The translations under genes and the position numbers were made by a program. A stretch of 64,000 nt of DNA, taken from Batkoa obscura. Its lineage: Eukaryota. Each line of letters opens with the position of its first letter. Position 1 is the first letter of the stretch. Under the pieces are notes generated by a model that worked only from the letters and a program-made list of their open reading frames with translations, searched no databases and was not told the origin of the DNA. The stretch is taken from positions 496,001 through 560,000 of the forward strand of contig JASVEC010000026.1 of assembly GCA_030770535.1 (NCBI GenBank), read 5' to 3'. Below, in pieces: positions 37,473 to 51,935 of the stretch.

Positions 37473-38694
37473 ATGCTTATATTAGATTTAAGTAATGGTT
37501 TATCAAATGGTGGATTGAATAAAGAAGATGAAGTTTATCAAGATAAAAAGCAAGAGATTTTAAAAGCTATAAGAGCTTTTGGTATTCTAATTCAATTATT
37601 GAAATATGAAATTAATAATAAAAAGGTTTTTTTTATGTTAAAAATGAGAAGATAACCGATGACGAAATTAAAAAGATGTTCAAGATTGTAATTCAATATT
37701 ATTAAATGAGTTTATATTAAATCAACCATAGATGAAAAGTTATTTCTCTCAAAAAGAAGAAGTAAAGCAATGGCATTTACTTGAAGAAAATTTTGGCTAT
37801 TGTAAATTAGGTCAGGAAAGGTAAACTAGATAAATCTAAATAATAACTATATTTAATTTTTAGACTATCAAAAGAGTACGAATTTGACTATAAAGAAGCG
37901 TTTAATCTACCTTCAAATTTCAACCATTTTAATCAAAGTTTGCCAGAAATATTTGAAAAAAATAAACCATTTTTAGATAATTTTACAAAGGTATGAATTT
38001 AAAATTAACGTTATACTAGTTGCTTATATCTAAATAGAAATGTAACAAAATCTCGCAAGCTATACTAAGTGAAATAGCCCTTGCCTTGGATCTAGATAAA
38101 CACTTCTTTTATAAAGCACATGAGTTTGAAGATAAATCGTGTAGTATTATACGTGCTCTACATTATCCTCCTTTGTCTAAAGATGTAAATTTAAAAAGGG
38201 TTACTAGAGCTGGAAGGTAAAATTAGTTAAATAATAGCTTGTAATTATTAATAGTTAGTCATTCAGATTGTGGTACACTTACATTACTTTTCCAAGATAA
38301 AGCGGAAGATGGAGAAGACAACCATGGTTTACAAGCATTAAAAGATAAAACTAGTTCAGAGTGGATTAACATGCCATATAGAAATGGATATATTATTGTT
38401 AATATAGCTGACTTACTTTCTGTTTGGACAGAAGGCAAACTCTGTTCTACAAAACATAGAGTTATTTTGCCGCCTGTGTCTAAGTTGAATACTCATCGGT
38501 ATGTAAATGCTTTTTACATTGTTGTAAATATTAACGATAATTTTAGTTATTCTATTGCTTATTTTTTATACCCTAAGGCCGATTTTCTTATCTCGCCTAT
38601 CGGGAATATGGAATATGAAGATGGGTATGGGAAGTCAAGTAAATTATTTGAGTTGGCTTCTTTCCTTTTGGAAAATTTGATTCGATTTTTTTAA
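37473..38694 (+). CDS. 2-oxoglutarate/Fe(II)-dependent dioxygenase (IPNS/DIOX-like), multi-exon; 3' end uncertain
   Basis: GFFYVKN, DYKEAFN, IRALHYPP, RAGSHSDCGTLTLLFQD (HxD), IVNIADLLSVWTEGKLCSTKHRV, RYSIAYF. Confidence 0.87.
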
Positions 38695-39099
38695 ATAAGT
38701 GTTAATGGGCAGTTGTTATGTGAGTGTTCCTTAGTATTCTAAAGTAATGTATATCTATAGATAATGATCAATATTTAGAATTTTTACAGTAGGACTTGTG
38801 TATATTTTTTAGCTAATTTGTTACTTTTTTATATTATATTCTTTCTGATTTCTGTGACGAAAGCAATTTTATTTAAATAAACAATTTTTGAACTAAATAT
38901 CCTTAATTTCAAATACTTTTAAATCATAACTAAGACAATAACTGCTTTTTATAATATACATGGAACATTACTTCAAGTAATCTTACTATTAAATTTGTTA
39001 AACAAAAAGTCAAACTATAGTCAATATAACATTATTAATTAACAAATTATTACTATTTCGATTACTTAATAAATCCATTTATTTATTCAATTAAACTGT

Positions 39100-39967
39100 T
39101 TAAATGGCATCTACAAATAAAGTTAATTTAAATAAATTATATTATATTGTATTACCAGTTAAAGCTTTAGTAAGCTTGTTAATCTTAGAAGAAACGGAAA
39201 GATCAATAGTCTTGTCACCAAAATCAATTATAAGTCCACCAAGGATAGTTGGTTTAACCTAATGGTATTAATATCTTATTTTTTATATAGAATTTAATTT
39301 TACTTGGTTTTTAATAGAAACAGATTTTGAACCAGAAGCTAATTTACTCTTAGTTAAAGTATCTTTAAGTTGCTTTAATACATCGTTTTCAAGGGGCTAA
39401 AATCAGCAATTAATATTCAAAATCTAAAAATAAAAATCCTTACCTGAGCACTAGTAACAGTAATTTCTAATTCACCACGGTGAGCGGAGATCAAGGATTT
39501 GAAAGCGGTAATGATTTTATCAGACTCACTAAGGCGAGAGTTTTCAATAAGAACATCAAAGAAATTTTTAGTGGTGGCATTAGCTTTAACGGAGCCAAGG
39601 AGAGCTTCAATGACTCTCTTTTTATCACCAAATCTAAGGGTTGGATCTTCGAGAATTACTTTAAGTTGAGCACTCTTTTCTAAATGAGATTGTACTTTGC
39701 TTAAATCACTATCAACGGCATCAAGGGTATTGTTTTTAACAGCTGCAGTGTATAAGGCAGTAGCATAACGTCCTTCAATACCATGGAGGGAAAGTGGAAC
39801 CTTAGGGTTTAATTAATTTGTAAAAAATAACAATAATGATTTTTTTACTTGAACAGTTTTGGCAGCAGTAGCGTAACCACGAGTAAGCTAAAAAAAAGGG
39901 GTTAATTTTTATTTTATAAAGCAATGTTTCAATTGAATACTTTAAGAGCTCTGATAACAGCAGACAT
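39100..39967 (-). CDS. ATP5: Mitochondrial ATP synthase OSCP subunit, multi-exon
   Basis: VPLSLHGIEGRYATALYTAA, FFDVLIENSRL, HRGELEITVTSAQPLE, VKPTILGGLIIDFGDKTIDLSVSSKI. Confidence 0.95.
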
Positions 39968-41268
39968 TTTAAGATATGTAATTCAAAAAGGCTAAAATTT
40001 GAATCGTAGGTTAAAATTACACTTCATCTGATTGCTATGAATTTCGGTTCAATCCCAAATTGGATTATGGGAATGACAATTCAGTTAATTCAATTTTTTA
40101 TGTGGTGACAAATTATTTGTTGAAATTGAAAATGAAGTATTTAAAAATGAAATTTTAATAACTACTATTTCCTTACTTTAATATAAAATCTTATTACTAA
40201 GGTTTATTCATGTCAACATGTCAAGTAATGCGATCTTAAGGGTCTTCTACTTACATGGAATCACCAAGAGAATTGGTTGTTTGCTAATTTAGAAATTGAT
40301 AGGCAATCGATCTTCAATTTTGGGGGTGAAGTGATTATGTAGATACTTGGTTATTTTATTGCTATCAATAAAGTGTAATTTGTATTTTTTTAAGTGTTCT
40401 TGTTAGTCACTTTAGTAAGTAATGACTAATAAATCTCACTGTATAGATTAAATGCTACATGTACTTGGATTACTAAGAAAAGTATAGCTGTAGAGACTAA
40501 CATTTATTTTTTTAACTTTAAATGTTAAAAGTTTTGGGTTTTAAACTTAACGCTTGTAATATTTTTAGCTAATTAAGTGACTGTTGAGGTACATATAAGC
40601 GACATGAATGGCACTGATAAACTTAATTAGGTTTAACTTTTTAAGATAAAATAAAGAATTAGTAGAATTTTTAAATGCTTTTAGTTTAAAAATTAATGAA
40701 TATGCTACTTTAATATTCTATTTATAGAAAAACTAATAAAAAAGATATGCGAAATACAATTTTTTTATTCAGAACCAGATATTGTATGTCGCTATGGTAT
40801 GTTGACCTTAATTATAAGTTGCTGTTGGCAAATAATTTAATAGTGCGAATACATCAATGGAGAGTTAGTTAATAATAACACTAAGCACTTATATTCTGGT
40901 AAACATCGTGGTGTATCGAAAATCAATAAAGAATCAGTGATACATAGTAAATTGGATGTGATGCTGCATTCTAAACAAATTTTAATAATATATCTGAGAT
41001 AGTTGGAAAACTATTGTTTTTAATTTAGATACTTATGTGATGATGTTTCATGTTATAAACGATGTATGGCATTGATAATGTGTAATCACACATTTTATTT
41101 AAAAAAATTTTGATGCTTTTACGTTTAAATTCTAATATTTAATCTAAAACCTTACTGTACCAAAATTAGCTAAGAAACTTAGGCTTTAAAGTGCAAAAAA
41201 ATAAAGGGCTAATCTAATTTGAAACTAACTTTTAAAAAATATCTATTATTTATTTTATAATAAACAAA

Positions 41269-42752
41269 ATGAACGCAATAAAGAAACTTAACCTACTAGG
41301 CCTAACTAAAGGAGAATTATTAGGTAGTATCAATCAATTTTATCCCAGTTTAAAAAAATATCAAATTGAACAGCTATGGCATTGGATTTATGTTAAAGGT
41401 ATAGGAATTTAATTTGAAAGTTTTTATTTTGGTATTTAAATGAAATTTAGGAAAACAAGATATATCTTTAATGAGTAATTTATCCCAAAGTTTTAGAGAG
41501 GTATTAGGTAATAATACAGAAATCAATTATGGAGAAGAAAAAGTAAATTCATACCCCTAACTAAACAAGAATGATTTACTAATCTAAAAAATATAAGAAA
41601 TCATTGACCTCGATCGATGGTACAATTAAAAAAGTATTAGCATTTGATCAAAAAAGTTTAATAGAAACAGTCATGATACCAGAAAATAAAAGAAAAACAC
41701 TATGTATATCGAGTCAAGTAGGATGCTCTTTAGCTTGTAAATTTTGCCATACAGGAACTCAAAAATTATTAAGAAATTTAACAGCAGGTGAAGTTTTGGG
41801 TCAATATTTTTCAGTAGCTAAAATGATGAACGAGTTTCCATTAAATGAACTGAAAAAAAGAAAAGTTAATAATATTGTTTTTATGGGACAAGGTGAGTTG
41901 TTTTGTAAATGATTTTTATTTTTTAGTAATTGTTATCTTTTTATTTTTAGGTGAACCATTGTACAACTATAGGTATTTTTCATAATTTAAAATAAAAACT
42001 TTTTGACTAAAAGAATTTATAGAAATGTTTTTAAGGCAGTCAAAATTTTAACGGATACATCTGGTTTGAATTTTCCAAAACATAAAATAATAATCTCTAC
42101 ATCTGGTGTGACACCCATGATCTCGAAAATAGCTAGTGATTTACAAGTAGGTTTAGCTATTTCATTACATGCTGTCAATGATGATTTAAGAAATGAATTA
42201 GTACCAATTAATAAAACTTATAATATTAAAGAGTTATTTAATGCTTGTAATGAATATGTTAAATTATCAAACAATAATAATAAGAGAATTACTTTTGAGT
42301 AAGTTTATTATTTATTAGCTAAGTTGTATTAATTATTTATTTGAAGATATGTAATGCTAAAAGGAGTGAACGATTCTATTAGCGAAGCTAATCAATTAGT
42401 TCGTTTATTATCGAATTTATCAGCACATGTTAATTTAATGTAAGTTATTTGTTATTATTTATCAATTTTATTTTAATTAATATTAATATTAATATTAAAT
42501 TAAATAGCCCATTCAATCCATGGCCTGGCTCTAAATTTGAATGTAGTGATATATCAACAATACGTAATTTTGCTAATATTTTGTTAAATAAAAATTTGAA
42601 AACAACTATTCGATTTTCAAGAGGAGATGGTAAATTTATTATTAAAATCATAAACATCACTACTAATCTTTTATTACTAAGATATCATGGCAGCCTGTGG
42701 ACAATTAAAATCCATTATATCGGATAAACAAAAATTAAATATAGAATTATAG
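41269..42752 (+). CDS. rlmN: RlmN-like radical-SAM RNA (adenine-C2) methyltransferase, about 8 exons
   Basis: [44 protein letters not shown] (CxxxCxxC), [51 protein letters not shown]. Confidence 0.92.
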
Positions 42753-42867
42753 AACTAATAACTTAATAAAAATAGACAGTTAAATATTTAAAACAGATTA
42801 TATATCACTATGGCCATTTATTTTTATATTTTATTAAAAAAATAGATTCTAATTATTTTTTTATCGA

Positions 42868-45006
42868 TTATTGTTCACCAACTTGAGGGGTCTTAAGGGA
42901 AGTACGACCTGCACGAAGTATTTCATCACATAATAATAAATTATTAGCAATAACAGTACTAATTAATTAAATAAACGATTAAATTAAATCAACGACTAAT
43001 ATAATAAATTTACCAAGAATGTAATTGATGACGAATAACTCTATAATTATCCCAAATACCTTCAGTAACAGGATCTAAAATTTCACCACTGTTTAAATCA
43101 ATACCAACAACATGACCTTCAGAATGAGCTTCCTAAAAAAATGTATCCATTATTAAAATCCATAGTTAATATTAAAATAGTAAATTATTTACTTGTAACA
43201 TAACAATAGTATCTTGGGCATCAAAACCAGCATTTCTAGATAATATTTTTGGGATAGTTAATAATGCATCAGCATAAGCTTGTACTCCCATTTTAGCTCT
43301 TCCTTTAACTTCACTCTTATATTTAATTAAATGTTCACTACAAGCTACTTGAAAAGCACCAGCTCCTGGAACAACCGATTTATCTTCAATTGCATTTTTA
43401 ACTGCACGAAGTCCATCTCTTACAGCATCATTAATTTGATTAATGGTATATCCATTTGGGCCTAAAATAAAATAATAAAAAATATTAATGATTTTAAATT
43501 ATTATTGTAAATTGATATGATTACCAGTAATTAAAATAGTAACTGATTTTGGATTTTGTGCTTCTTCAATAAAAGTATATTTTTCTTCACCAATCACATG
43601 TTCATAAATATTACCAGCATAACCAAGGACACTAGGTTCTAAATCATCAACTGAATTTTGAGCAGTACCGCCGCAAACTAATTGTAGTCTAATAAAAAAA
43701 ACAAATTATTATAAAAAAGATTAATTAATATTAATATTACCTTTCCATATTACGACGTTTAGCTCTACGAAGAGCTAAGATACCATTTTTAGCTAAAACA
43801 TCCAAAGACAATGGATCGATACCCTTTTGATTAACAATAACAAAACCTTTATTACTATTTCCACAAACAAGATGTTTTAGTTCTATAATTTTACGTAATC
43901 TTTCATCTACAAATCTTCTTTCTGATTCAACTAACTTTTCTCTTTGTTCAGCTGAACTATAAAAGAATCCAGAGTTAACTTCACTATAAAAAAAGTTAAT
44001 TACTTAAAAACATTTTATCAAAAAAAAACTTACGTTTTCTCATATTCCAATGACACATTTAAAGTTAAAACAAAAGCATCTTTAACTTTTTTAGGCATAT
44101 CAGGGTGACGAGCACCATGATCCAATACTAAACCACGAACTAATCGTGTTTCTTTGGCACTTTTATGTTGCATTTTTTGAATTTCTACCATATGAAGATC
44201 AATAGGTAAATTTTCTTGATGAATAGCAAGCACTGCATCCACCACCGCTTCAGTTAAAGTATCGGCTAAAGTTTGATTAACTTTAGTACGTAAAGCAGTA
44301 CGTGCTACTGAAATTAAGACTTCTCTATCAATATTTTTTTGTACTTGAAAACTATCTAAAAACTAAAAATAGTTTATTAATTTAAAAGATTCCATTTAGT
44401 TGTTAGTTTAAAAAATAATAACTTACTTTTAATGCTTCTTTTTTAGCTAAATCAAAACCTTCGGTTACTACTCTTGGATGTAAACCTTCCAATATATATC
44501 TTTCAGCTTGTTTTAAAAGTTCTCCTACTAATAATACAACCGAAGTGGTACCATCCCCAGTGATCTCATCTTGAGCTGTAGCAGCACGTGCAATCATGGC
44601 AGCAGTTGGGTGTTGGATTTGCTGTAAAATAATTATATATTGATAATAAGCTTAAATCATAGATGATGAAAATAAATTTGAATTACCATTTCACTTAAAA
44701 GTACTTTACCATCTTTGGTAATTTTAATAGCACCAGCACCGTCAACCAACCTATTGAAATCAATTATTAATTTATTGCTCGCTTTTAATAGAATTGATTT
44801 TTATTTAAGTTACATTTTTATTGTACCCTTTGGACCTAAGTTGGATTCTAATACTTCTTTAAGTCCCATAGCAGCGGATATATTTAAAGCCAAAGCTTGA
44901 CCTTGACGGGCTACTTCGGAATTGGGATTGATCCTTTGGATTGCTGATGATGCCCTAGAAGGAGAATTAGTTATAACAAATATAGATGATTAATCTTGAG
45001 TTACAT
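42868..45006 (-). CDS. CCT6: Chaperonin CCT/TRiC zeta subunit, multi-exon
   Basis: [84 protein letters not shown]. Confidence 0.96.
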
Positions 45007-45447
45007 TTTTTATTGTTTTTTTTATAATCTTTTTTAAATAAAAAATTAGTGTTGCTATTTTGGATTATTTTGGTTTTCTACCTTTTTTGCATTTCGAAAG
45101 CTACTTTGCAGAACTTGGTTGGTACATTTTAAATTGGATTGAATAGAATTTTTTTGGATGATTAAAGTATTACACATAATATCTTATATTTAACAACAAT
45201 AATGAAATACAATTAAATGAATCTAAATTAGAGATTTCTAATTTAATAACATAAACTATTAAATAAGTCATCTCATAATAAACATCTTAAAACATCTCAT
45301 TAACACTTTTAATTTGATTTGCAAAAACTTTAATTTTTATTTTCTTAAAAAACTAAATTCCAATTTTTATTTACCAAATTCAAAATTTTCTAAAATGGAA
45401 TTTTTTTAAAATTTAATTTCAATTTAAAAATCCTTCCAAAACTCAAA

Positions 45448-46164
45448 ATGGCTCACGATAATCAACCTACGACCATTGGCAGTATGAGTTTCTGTAATCA
45501 ATGTGGAAACTTATTAGATTCCATTATAGGTGATCCAATTATCACATGTAATCATTGTAATCATACTTATTCTATTGAAGGTAAGTTTAACTATCCTCTC
45601 TTTTATACATTTCATAAAAACATCAAAATTTATCTCATTATTTATGCATCTTCAAAACATAAAATAAAAACAAATTCATTACTAATTATTTTGTTTTATT
45701 TTATATTCTATAGTAAGTGAAATCAAAGTGAGTTCTAAAAGTCAAACTGGTACATTTGAATCGAGTTTACGTAGTAAACGAGATTTGGTACAAAACTCAG
45801 CTGCTGTTAAAGAAGAAGCTGCTACAGTAAGTTTGTATTTTTTTTTATACAAAATAATAACAAAAAACAGTATTTGTTTTTAATAAGAATAGATAACATC
45901 AAATAAAAAAATTCCTTTTGTTATTTTATCTTTTAAAAAGAAGGGTTATTTATTTGTTTATATTTTTTAGATTAAAGAAAAATGTCCCAAATGTCAAGCA
46001 CCGGAAATGTCCTTTCATACTATGCAATTGAGATCCGCTGATGAAGGTCAAACCGTGTTTTATAATTGTGTCAAGTGTGGGTACGCCTTTTAATTAATTA
46101 TTTTAAAAAAAGAAAGTTGATTAAGTTTTATTTTTTTAGATATAAATATTCCATTAATTCATAG
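45448..46164 (+). CDS. RPA12: RNA polymerase I subunit Rpa12 (A12.2), 4 exons
   Basis: FCNQCGNLL..CNHC, IKEKCPKC..MSFHTMQLRSADEGQTVFYNCVKCGYKYSINS. Confidence 0.93.
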
Positions 46165-46430
46165 AGAGAGTACAAAAATAGAGACGATAGAAGGAGGATA
46201 TCTTTATGTTTTATTAGTTCTTTAATATATTTATATAGATTGAAGTTATTTTTATTTTTATTTTATTTTTGTTTTTGTTTTTGTTTATTTTTTGGTTGAA
46301 ATTTTGCCAATATTATTTCATAAAGACACCTTTTGTATCTAGCCAATCATTCCAATTAGAGTGGAAATTCAAGATTATTGAAAAAAAATTATAAATTTCA
46401 AATCTACTTTTAAAAAAAATATATATAACA

Positions 46431-48263
46431 ATGACAACCTTACAAACCAAAAATAAAAGTTTAAGAGATTTACAAACGGGTAATTTTACATTCACTTATC
46501 CGTAAACGACTCATCAATTCTATTTATTTTAGCCAGCATCATTAAGATGTTAAATTATAATCAAGTGAATAAGGAATCAAAGACGAGTTTATTAAGTCCA
46601 AGTTATAATAAAAAAGAAGAATATTCCCAATGGAAAGTATTAATCTTTGATGAAGAAACTAGTAAATCAGTGGCTTTATTATTAAAAGTTAATGACTTAA
46701 GAGAACAAGGAATTACATTGCATTTGTAAGTCAACTTTTTTAATATTAAAATTAAATGGTTATTAATGAAATGGATAACTTTATTTTTAGGCCGTTAAAT
46801 AGTAAACGAATGCCCATTAAAGATGTACCGGCTATTTATTTTTTGTCACCTAATAAAGAGAATATTGAAAGATTGTTAGAGGTAAGAAGAACTTTTATTT
46901 TTTGAATTTAAAGTTTTAAATTGTTTTTTAGGACTTAAGCAATAGTTTATATGATTCTTATTATATTAATTTTTCATCTACATTACCACGACCATTATTA
47001 GAATATTTAGCAGAATCAGCAGTTAAACTAGGTGTTAGTGAACAGATTCATCAAGTAAGAAACAAATATAATATTAATTATAAATGATGATATATTTATT
47101 TATATTTATTTAGGTTTATGATCAATATTTAAATTATCAATGTTATTCATCCAATTTATTTAATTTAAATATTAAAAATAGTTATTCAATTTTAAATAAT
47201 ATAAAATCAGAAGATATTAAAATCGAAAATTGTATCAATGAAATTAGTTTAGGTTTATTGTCAATTTTAGTGACTAAAAATCAAATTCCTATTATTAAAG
47301 CTACTAAAGGTAATGCAGCTGAAATGGTAGCTAAAAAATTAGATGGTAAATTAAGAGATTTATTAAGAGCTCCATCATCTTCAATTTTAAATAATGATAC
47401 TTTATTTGATTCTAATTCAAAAAATAGACCAGGTAATTATTTTGATAATATATAATATTATAATATTATAATATTAATATTATTTTTATTAATTAGTATT
47501 AATAATAATTGATCGTAATATGGATTTAATACCAATGATTTCTCATTCATGGAATTATCAACCATTAATACATGATTTATTAAATATTGAACAAAATCAA
47601 ATTAAATTTGAAATTGAAGAAGAAGGCAAAAAAGTTAATAAGGTATATGATATTGATAATAAAGATTTCTTTTGGAATAAAAATAGTAATTTACCATTAC
47701 CTGAAATAGCCAAAGAAATCAGTGAAGAATTAGAAAATTATCGAAAAGAAGCAGATGAAATTACTAAATTAAGTAAAGATACCAATATTAATCCTGAATC
47801 TGATTTTAAAAATAATACATTACATTTAAAATCAGCTATTAGTGCATTACCTGAATTAACAGCTAAAAAAAATATATTAGATCATCATATGAATATTGCA
47901 TCTGAATTATTTAAAAAAATTGAAAGTAGACAATATGATAAATTATTTCAAATTGAAGAAAGTATATTGAAAGAAAATAAACAAACAATACTATCAATAA
48001 TTCAAGATAATACTATTTTATTTGAAGATAAATTAAGATTATTTTTATATTTTTATTTATCTCATCCAAATTTAAATCAATCAGATTTACAATTATTAGA
48101 AAATGAATTAAAAAAGTTTAATGAAAATAATGAATTACAAGCTTTTGAAGCAGTTAAAAAGTAAGTTTTATATTTATATTTATATTTATATTTATATTTA
48201 TATTTATATTTATATTTATATTTATATTTATATTTATATTTATATTTATATTTATATTTATAT

Positions 48264-48302
<39 letters not shown>

Positions 48303-48915
48303 GAATTCAACAAGTATCTAAGATGTCTACGTTATCAGCTGGTAATGCTAAAACATTAACCTCTAATTCAAGTGATTTATTAGATAAATTCAACTTTTTA
48401 GGTTCTCAGGTAATCAATAATAAACATAACATAATAATAATAATAATATAATTAATAACATTAATAGTTAAAAGGTGGAGCATATGATAAATTAATCAAT
48501 AAAGTAAAAATTTTTTTACCAGTTGAGCATGAATTAGCAATTACAAAATTAGTTCAGAATATTTTAGAATTACCTAACAATAATCAAAATACAATTAGTG
48601 AATTAATTCATTTAGATCCAAAATCAAAAATTATTGGTAATCAATCTAATAATAATAACTTGAACTTCAATTCCAGTCAACCTATTAATCAAGTAATTTT
48701 ATTCGTTATTGGTGGTGGAAGTTATAATGAATTTTTAAATTTAAAATTATTTTTAGAGGTAAATAAATTAATAATAATAAATAATATAATAATGTTTATA
48801 TTAATATTCAATTTTATTTTTATTTTAGAAACAAAATAATTTAGAAGCTATTATCTATGGTTCTACAGAAATTTTATCTCCTAATCAATTTTTAAATCAA
48901 CTTAGTCAAATTTAA
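46431..48915 (+). CDS. SLY1: Sec1/Munc18 family protein Sly1, multi-exon
   Basis: WKVLIFD..LLKVNDLREQGITLHL, IKDVPAIYF, VYDQYLNY, GNAAEMVAKKLDGKLRD, HSWNYQPLIHD, ALPELTAKKNILDHHMNIA, FVIGGGSYNEF, YGSTEIL. Confidence 0.94.
48166..48300. repeat. Intronic (TTTATA)n then (TTTA)n microsatellite
   Basis: Direct reading; lies within a GT-AG intron of SLY1. Confidence 0.9.
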
Positions 48916-49200
48916 TTTCAACTTTTTATTTTATTTTATTGTTTATTATGAGTATTATAATAAATAACTATTTTTATTTAAAAATTAAAGTTCTTTTTGT
49001 TTTGGAATTTTTATAACTTTTAATCTTTTTTGAGTTCAAACTCTTTCTTATCCCATAATAAATCTTCTCAATTCCAACTCTTCTTTTTCAAAATTGCTTA
49101 TTTTGGTTAAAAAAATTCAAATCTATAAAGTTAGTTTTTGTTAAAAAATCAAAAATCGATAGCTGAAATTTTTTTTAATTAAAACAAATATATATATATA

Positions 49201-49521
49201 ATGTATTTAATGTACTATCTTAATGATGAAGGTAAAAGAGTATATACTCTTAAAGTAAGTAATTTTCAATATTTTTAATTAATTAAAGTTTTTGAAAATG
49301 AATATTAAATGTATTTTTTAAATTATAGAAAAAAGCCCCAAACGGTCAACCTACTAAATCCGCTCATCCTGGTAAATTCTATTTATTTTTAACAGTTATT
49401 GGAATTTCAAAAATATTAATCATTCTTATTTTTTATAGCTCGTTTCTCCCCAGATGATAAATTTAGTAGACATCGTGTACTCTTTAAAAAGAGATTAGGT
49501 TTACTTCTTACCCAACAATAG
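49201..49521 (+). CDS. NOP10: H/ACA snoRNP subunit Nop10, 3 exons
   Basis: [59 protein letters not shown]. Confidence 0.95.
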
Positions 49522-49855
49522 AGAAAAGGTTGGAAATAACACTTAATTCTTTTGTCAAAATAGAATGAACATTTGAGATTATTAGTCGCTACTTTTTTAG
49601 AAATAAACAGGAGTATAAGATTAATTTCGATTCAAATTTTTTCTTTATATTGAATTGTTAAGATTGAATTATTAGTTTATTGTTTATTTATTAGTTGTAT
49701 ATTGTTATCTAAATATTCAAAATTTTCTATTGAGTTGAAATTTTATTTATTATTGTTAAAAATTTTCACCTAAAAAATATGAATTTATTAAATTTTGGAT
49801 TTCTTTTTTTGATATTTTTTATTGTTCAATTTCTGAAAACTCAACACTCAACAAA

Positions 49856-51935
49856 ATGTCTAAAAAAAACTCGAATCTACCACTCAGTTTAAAAAATAAA
49901 TTAAAACATTTAACTTCTAGTACTATGCCTAAGGGTAAGTTAATTTATTCTTCCCTTTACCTTTTTATATGAGTTAATTAATCTCTTAATTCTTTTAGAC
50001 CTTGATCCCGAAAACTATCTATTTTCCGAAAAACAAAATTCGGATTCTGAAAATGAAGAAGAAAACGAAGAATTAGCGAGAGAACATTATATTGAAGTTG
50101 GGTAAGTTTGAGTTTAATTGAATTAAATAAATAAAATACTTTGATTGTTATTTTTAATTTAATGATATACTAAATGTTTGATTTTGTTTATTTAGTATAA
50201 GCAAGTTAAGAAATGATTTAGAATTACCGATAGATAACCCAAAATATAAAGGTAAAGCTAAATCAAGAGCTGAAATATTTGGTTCTGAAACCGAAGAAGA
50301 AGAAGAAGAAGAAGAAGAAGAAGAAGAAGAAGAAGAAGAAGAAGAAGAAGAAATAGAGAGCGGAAGTGAAGAAGAAAGAAATGATATAGAGTTAGAACAA
50401 GAAGAAGAAGAAAGTATAGAAGAAGGTGATAGCGAAGAAGATAGCGAAGAAGATAGTGAAGAGGATGAAGAAGAAGGAACAGGTTCTCAAATAGGTATTG
50501 AAGATGAAGAAATGGATTTAGAGTTAACAGCGGAATTAAAAAAAGCACAAGAAGAGGAAGCAGAATTAAAACAAAAAATGAATGATAATAGAGTGAGTGA
50601 TGCAGTTAAAGGAAAATATATTAAAAATCAAATGGTAATGTTTTTTGAATGTTTTTTTGATTTGGATAAAATAAAATATTAACAGTTATGTGTATATTCT
50701 TTTAGTCTATTTGGGAAGCAGGATTAGATTTAAGGATTCGTTATCAAAAGATTTTATTGTTGGCTAATCAACTTCCTCAGGTAAATTAGAAAGTTGATGA
50801 ATGTATTGGATTGAGTTAATGTTTATTTATATTAGAAAAACAAAGAGATTATTGAAGAATTAAAGAAAGATAAAGATAATAATAAAATAATGGATCAAAA
50901 TCAAAAAGAATTAATACAATTAATTTATAAATTATTAGAAACTAGAAAAGTAAGTGAATATTATTATTGTTTTTATTAATATTTTATTAATATTTTATTA
51001 ATATTTTGTATTTTTATTTCTAGAATTATTTAAATAAAGAAGATAAAACTAGTATTTCATTAAAAAGAAATATTGATACAGTTAATTTGGATGATATTTG
51101 GAATGATTTAAATCAATTTAATACAAAGTAAATAATTAAAATATTTATTTGATAATAATAATTAATATAATTTATTATTAATTAGATTTGAATCTTATCG
51201 TAATACAACAATTGAAAAATGGAATAATAAAATTAAATTTAATGATGGTGGACTATTAATTGGAAATAAAAAATTTAAAGCATTAGATCAATCAATATTA
51301 ACTCAAATTAATACCATATTTAATGATCCACAAAGATTATTAAATCGAATTCATGTTCAACGCAATGATTATTCTATTATTGGTAAACAAAAAGAGGTAC
51401 TTTGTTATTTAATTATTATAAAATTATTACAAAATAATTTATTTATTTTGTTTATTTTGTTTATTTAGGAAAATGAAGATATGGATAATGAAATTTTTGA
51501 TGATAGTGATTTTTATCAACAATTATTAAAAGAATTTATTGATTCTAGAATGATTGATAACGGTAATTTATTAAATAATATATTAATTACTTTATATTAA
51601 ATACTAATATTAAATATATTATTATTATATATTATTATTACATATTATTAGATAATCAAAATTTATCGGAATTACGTTGGGCTGCATTAAAAACAAGTAA
51701 ACAAAAGAATAAAATAGTAGATACAAAAGCAAGTAAGGGACGTAAATTAAGATTTCATGTTCATGATAAATTACAATCTTTTATGGTCCCAATACCAAAA
51801 CAAAAGTGGCATTCAGAAATGATTGATGAATTATATTCTAGTTTATTTTCATTTAAAAATAATAATAATAATAATAATAAGGAAGAAGAGAATAATGAAT
51901 TACAAAATAATGATGGGTTAAGAATTTTTGGATAG
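49856..51935 (+). CDS. BFR2: Bfr2/AATF (TRAUB) ribosome biogenesis protein, multi-exon with poly-Glu tract
   Basis: AREHYIEVG, KGKYIKNQMSIWE..LDLRIRYQK, EIFDDSDFYQQLLKEFI, VDTKASKGRKLRFHVHDKLQSFMVP, LRIFG*. Confidence 0.93.

Noticed and set aside
48121..48303. ORF with YIYIYI repeat
   Set aside because: Translation of an intronic (TTTATA)n microsatellite.
50258..50548. Poly-Leu ORF on the minus strand
   Set aside because: Antisense of the BFR2 poly-Glu (GAA)n exon.
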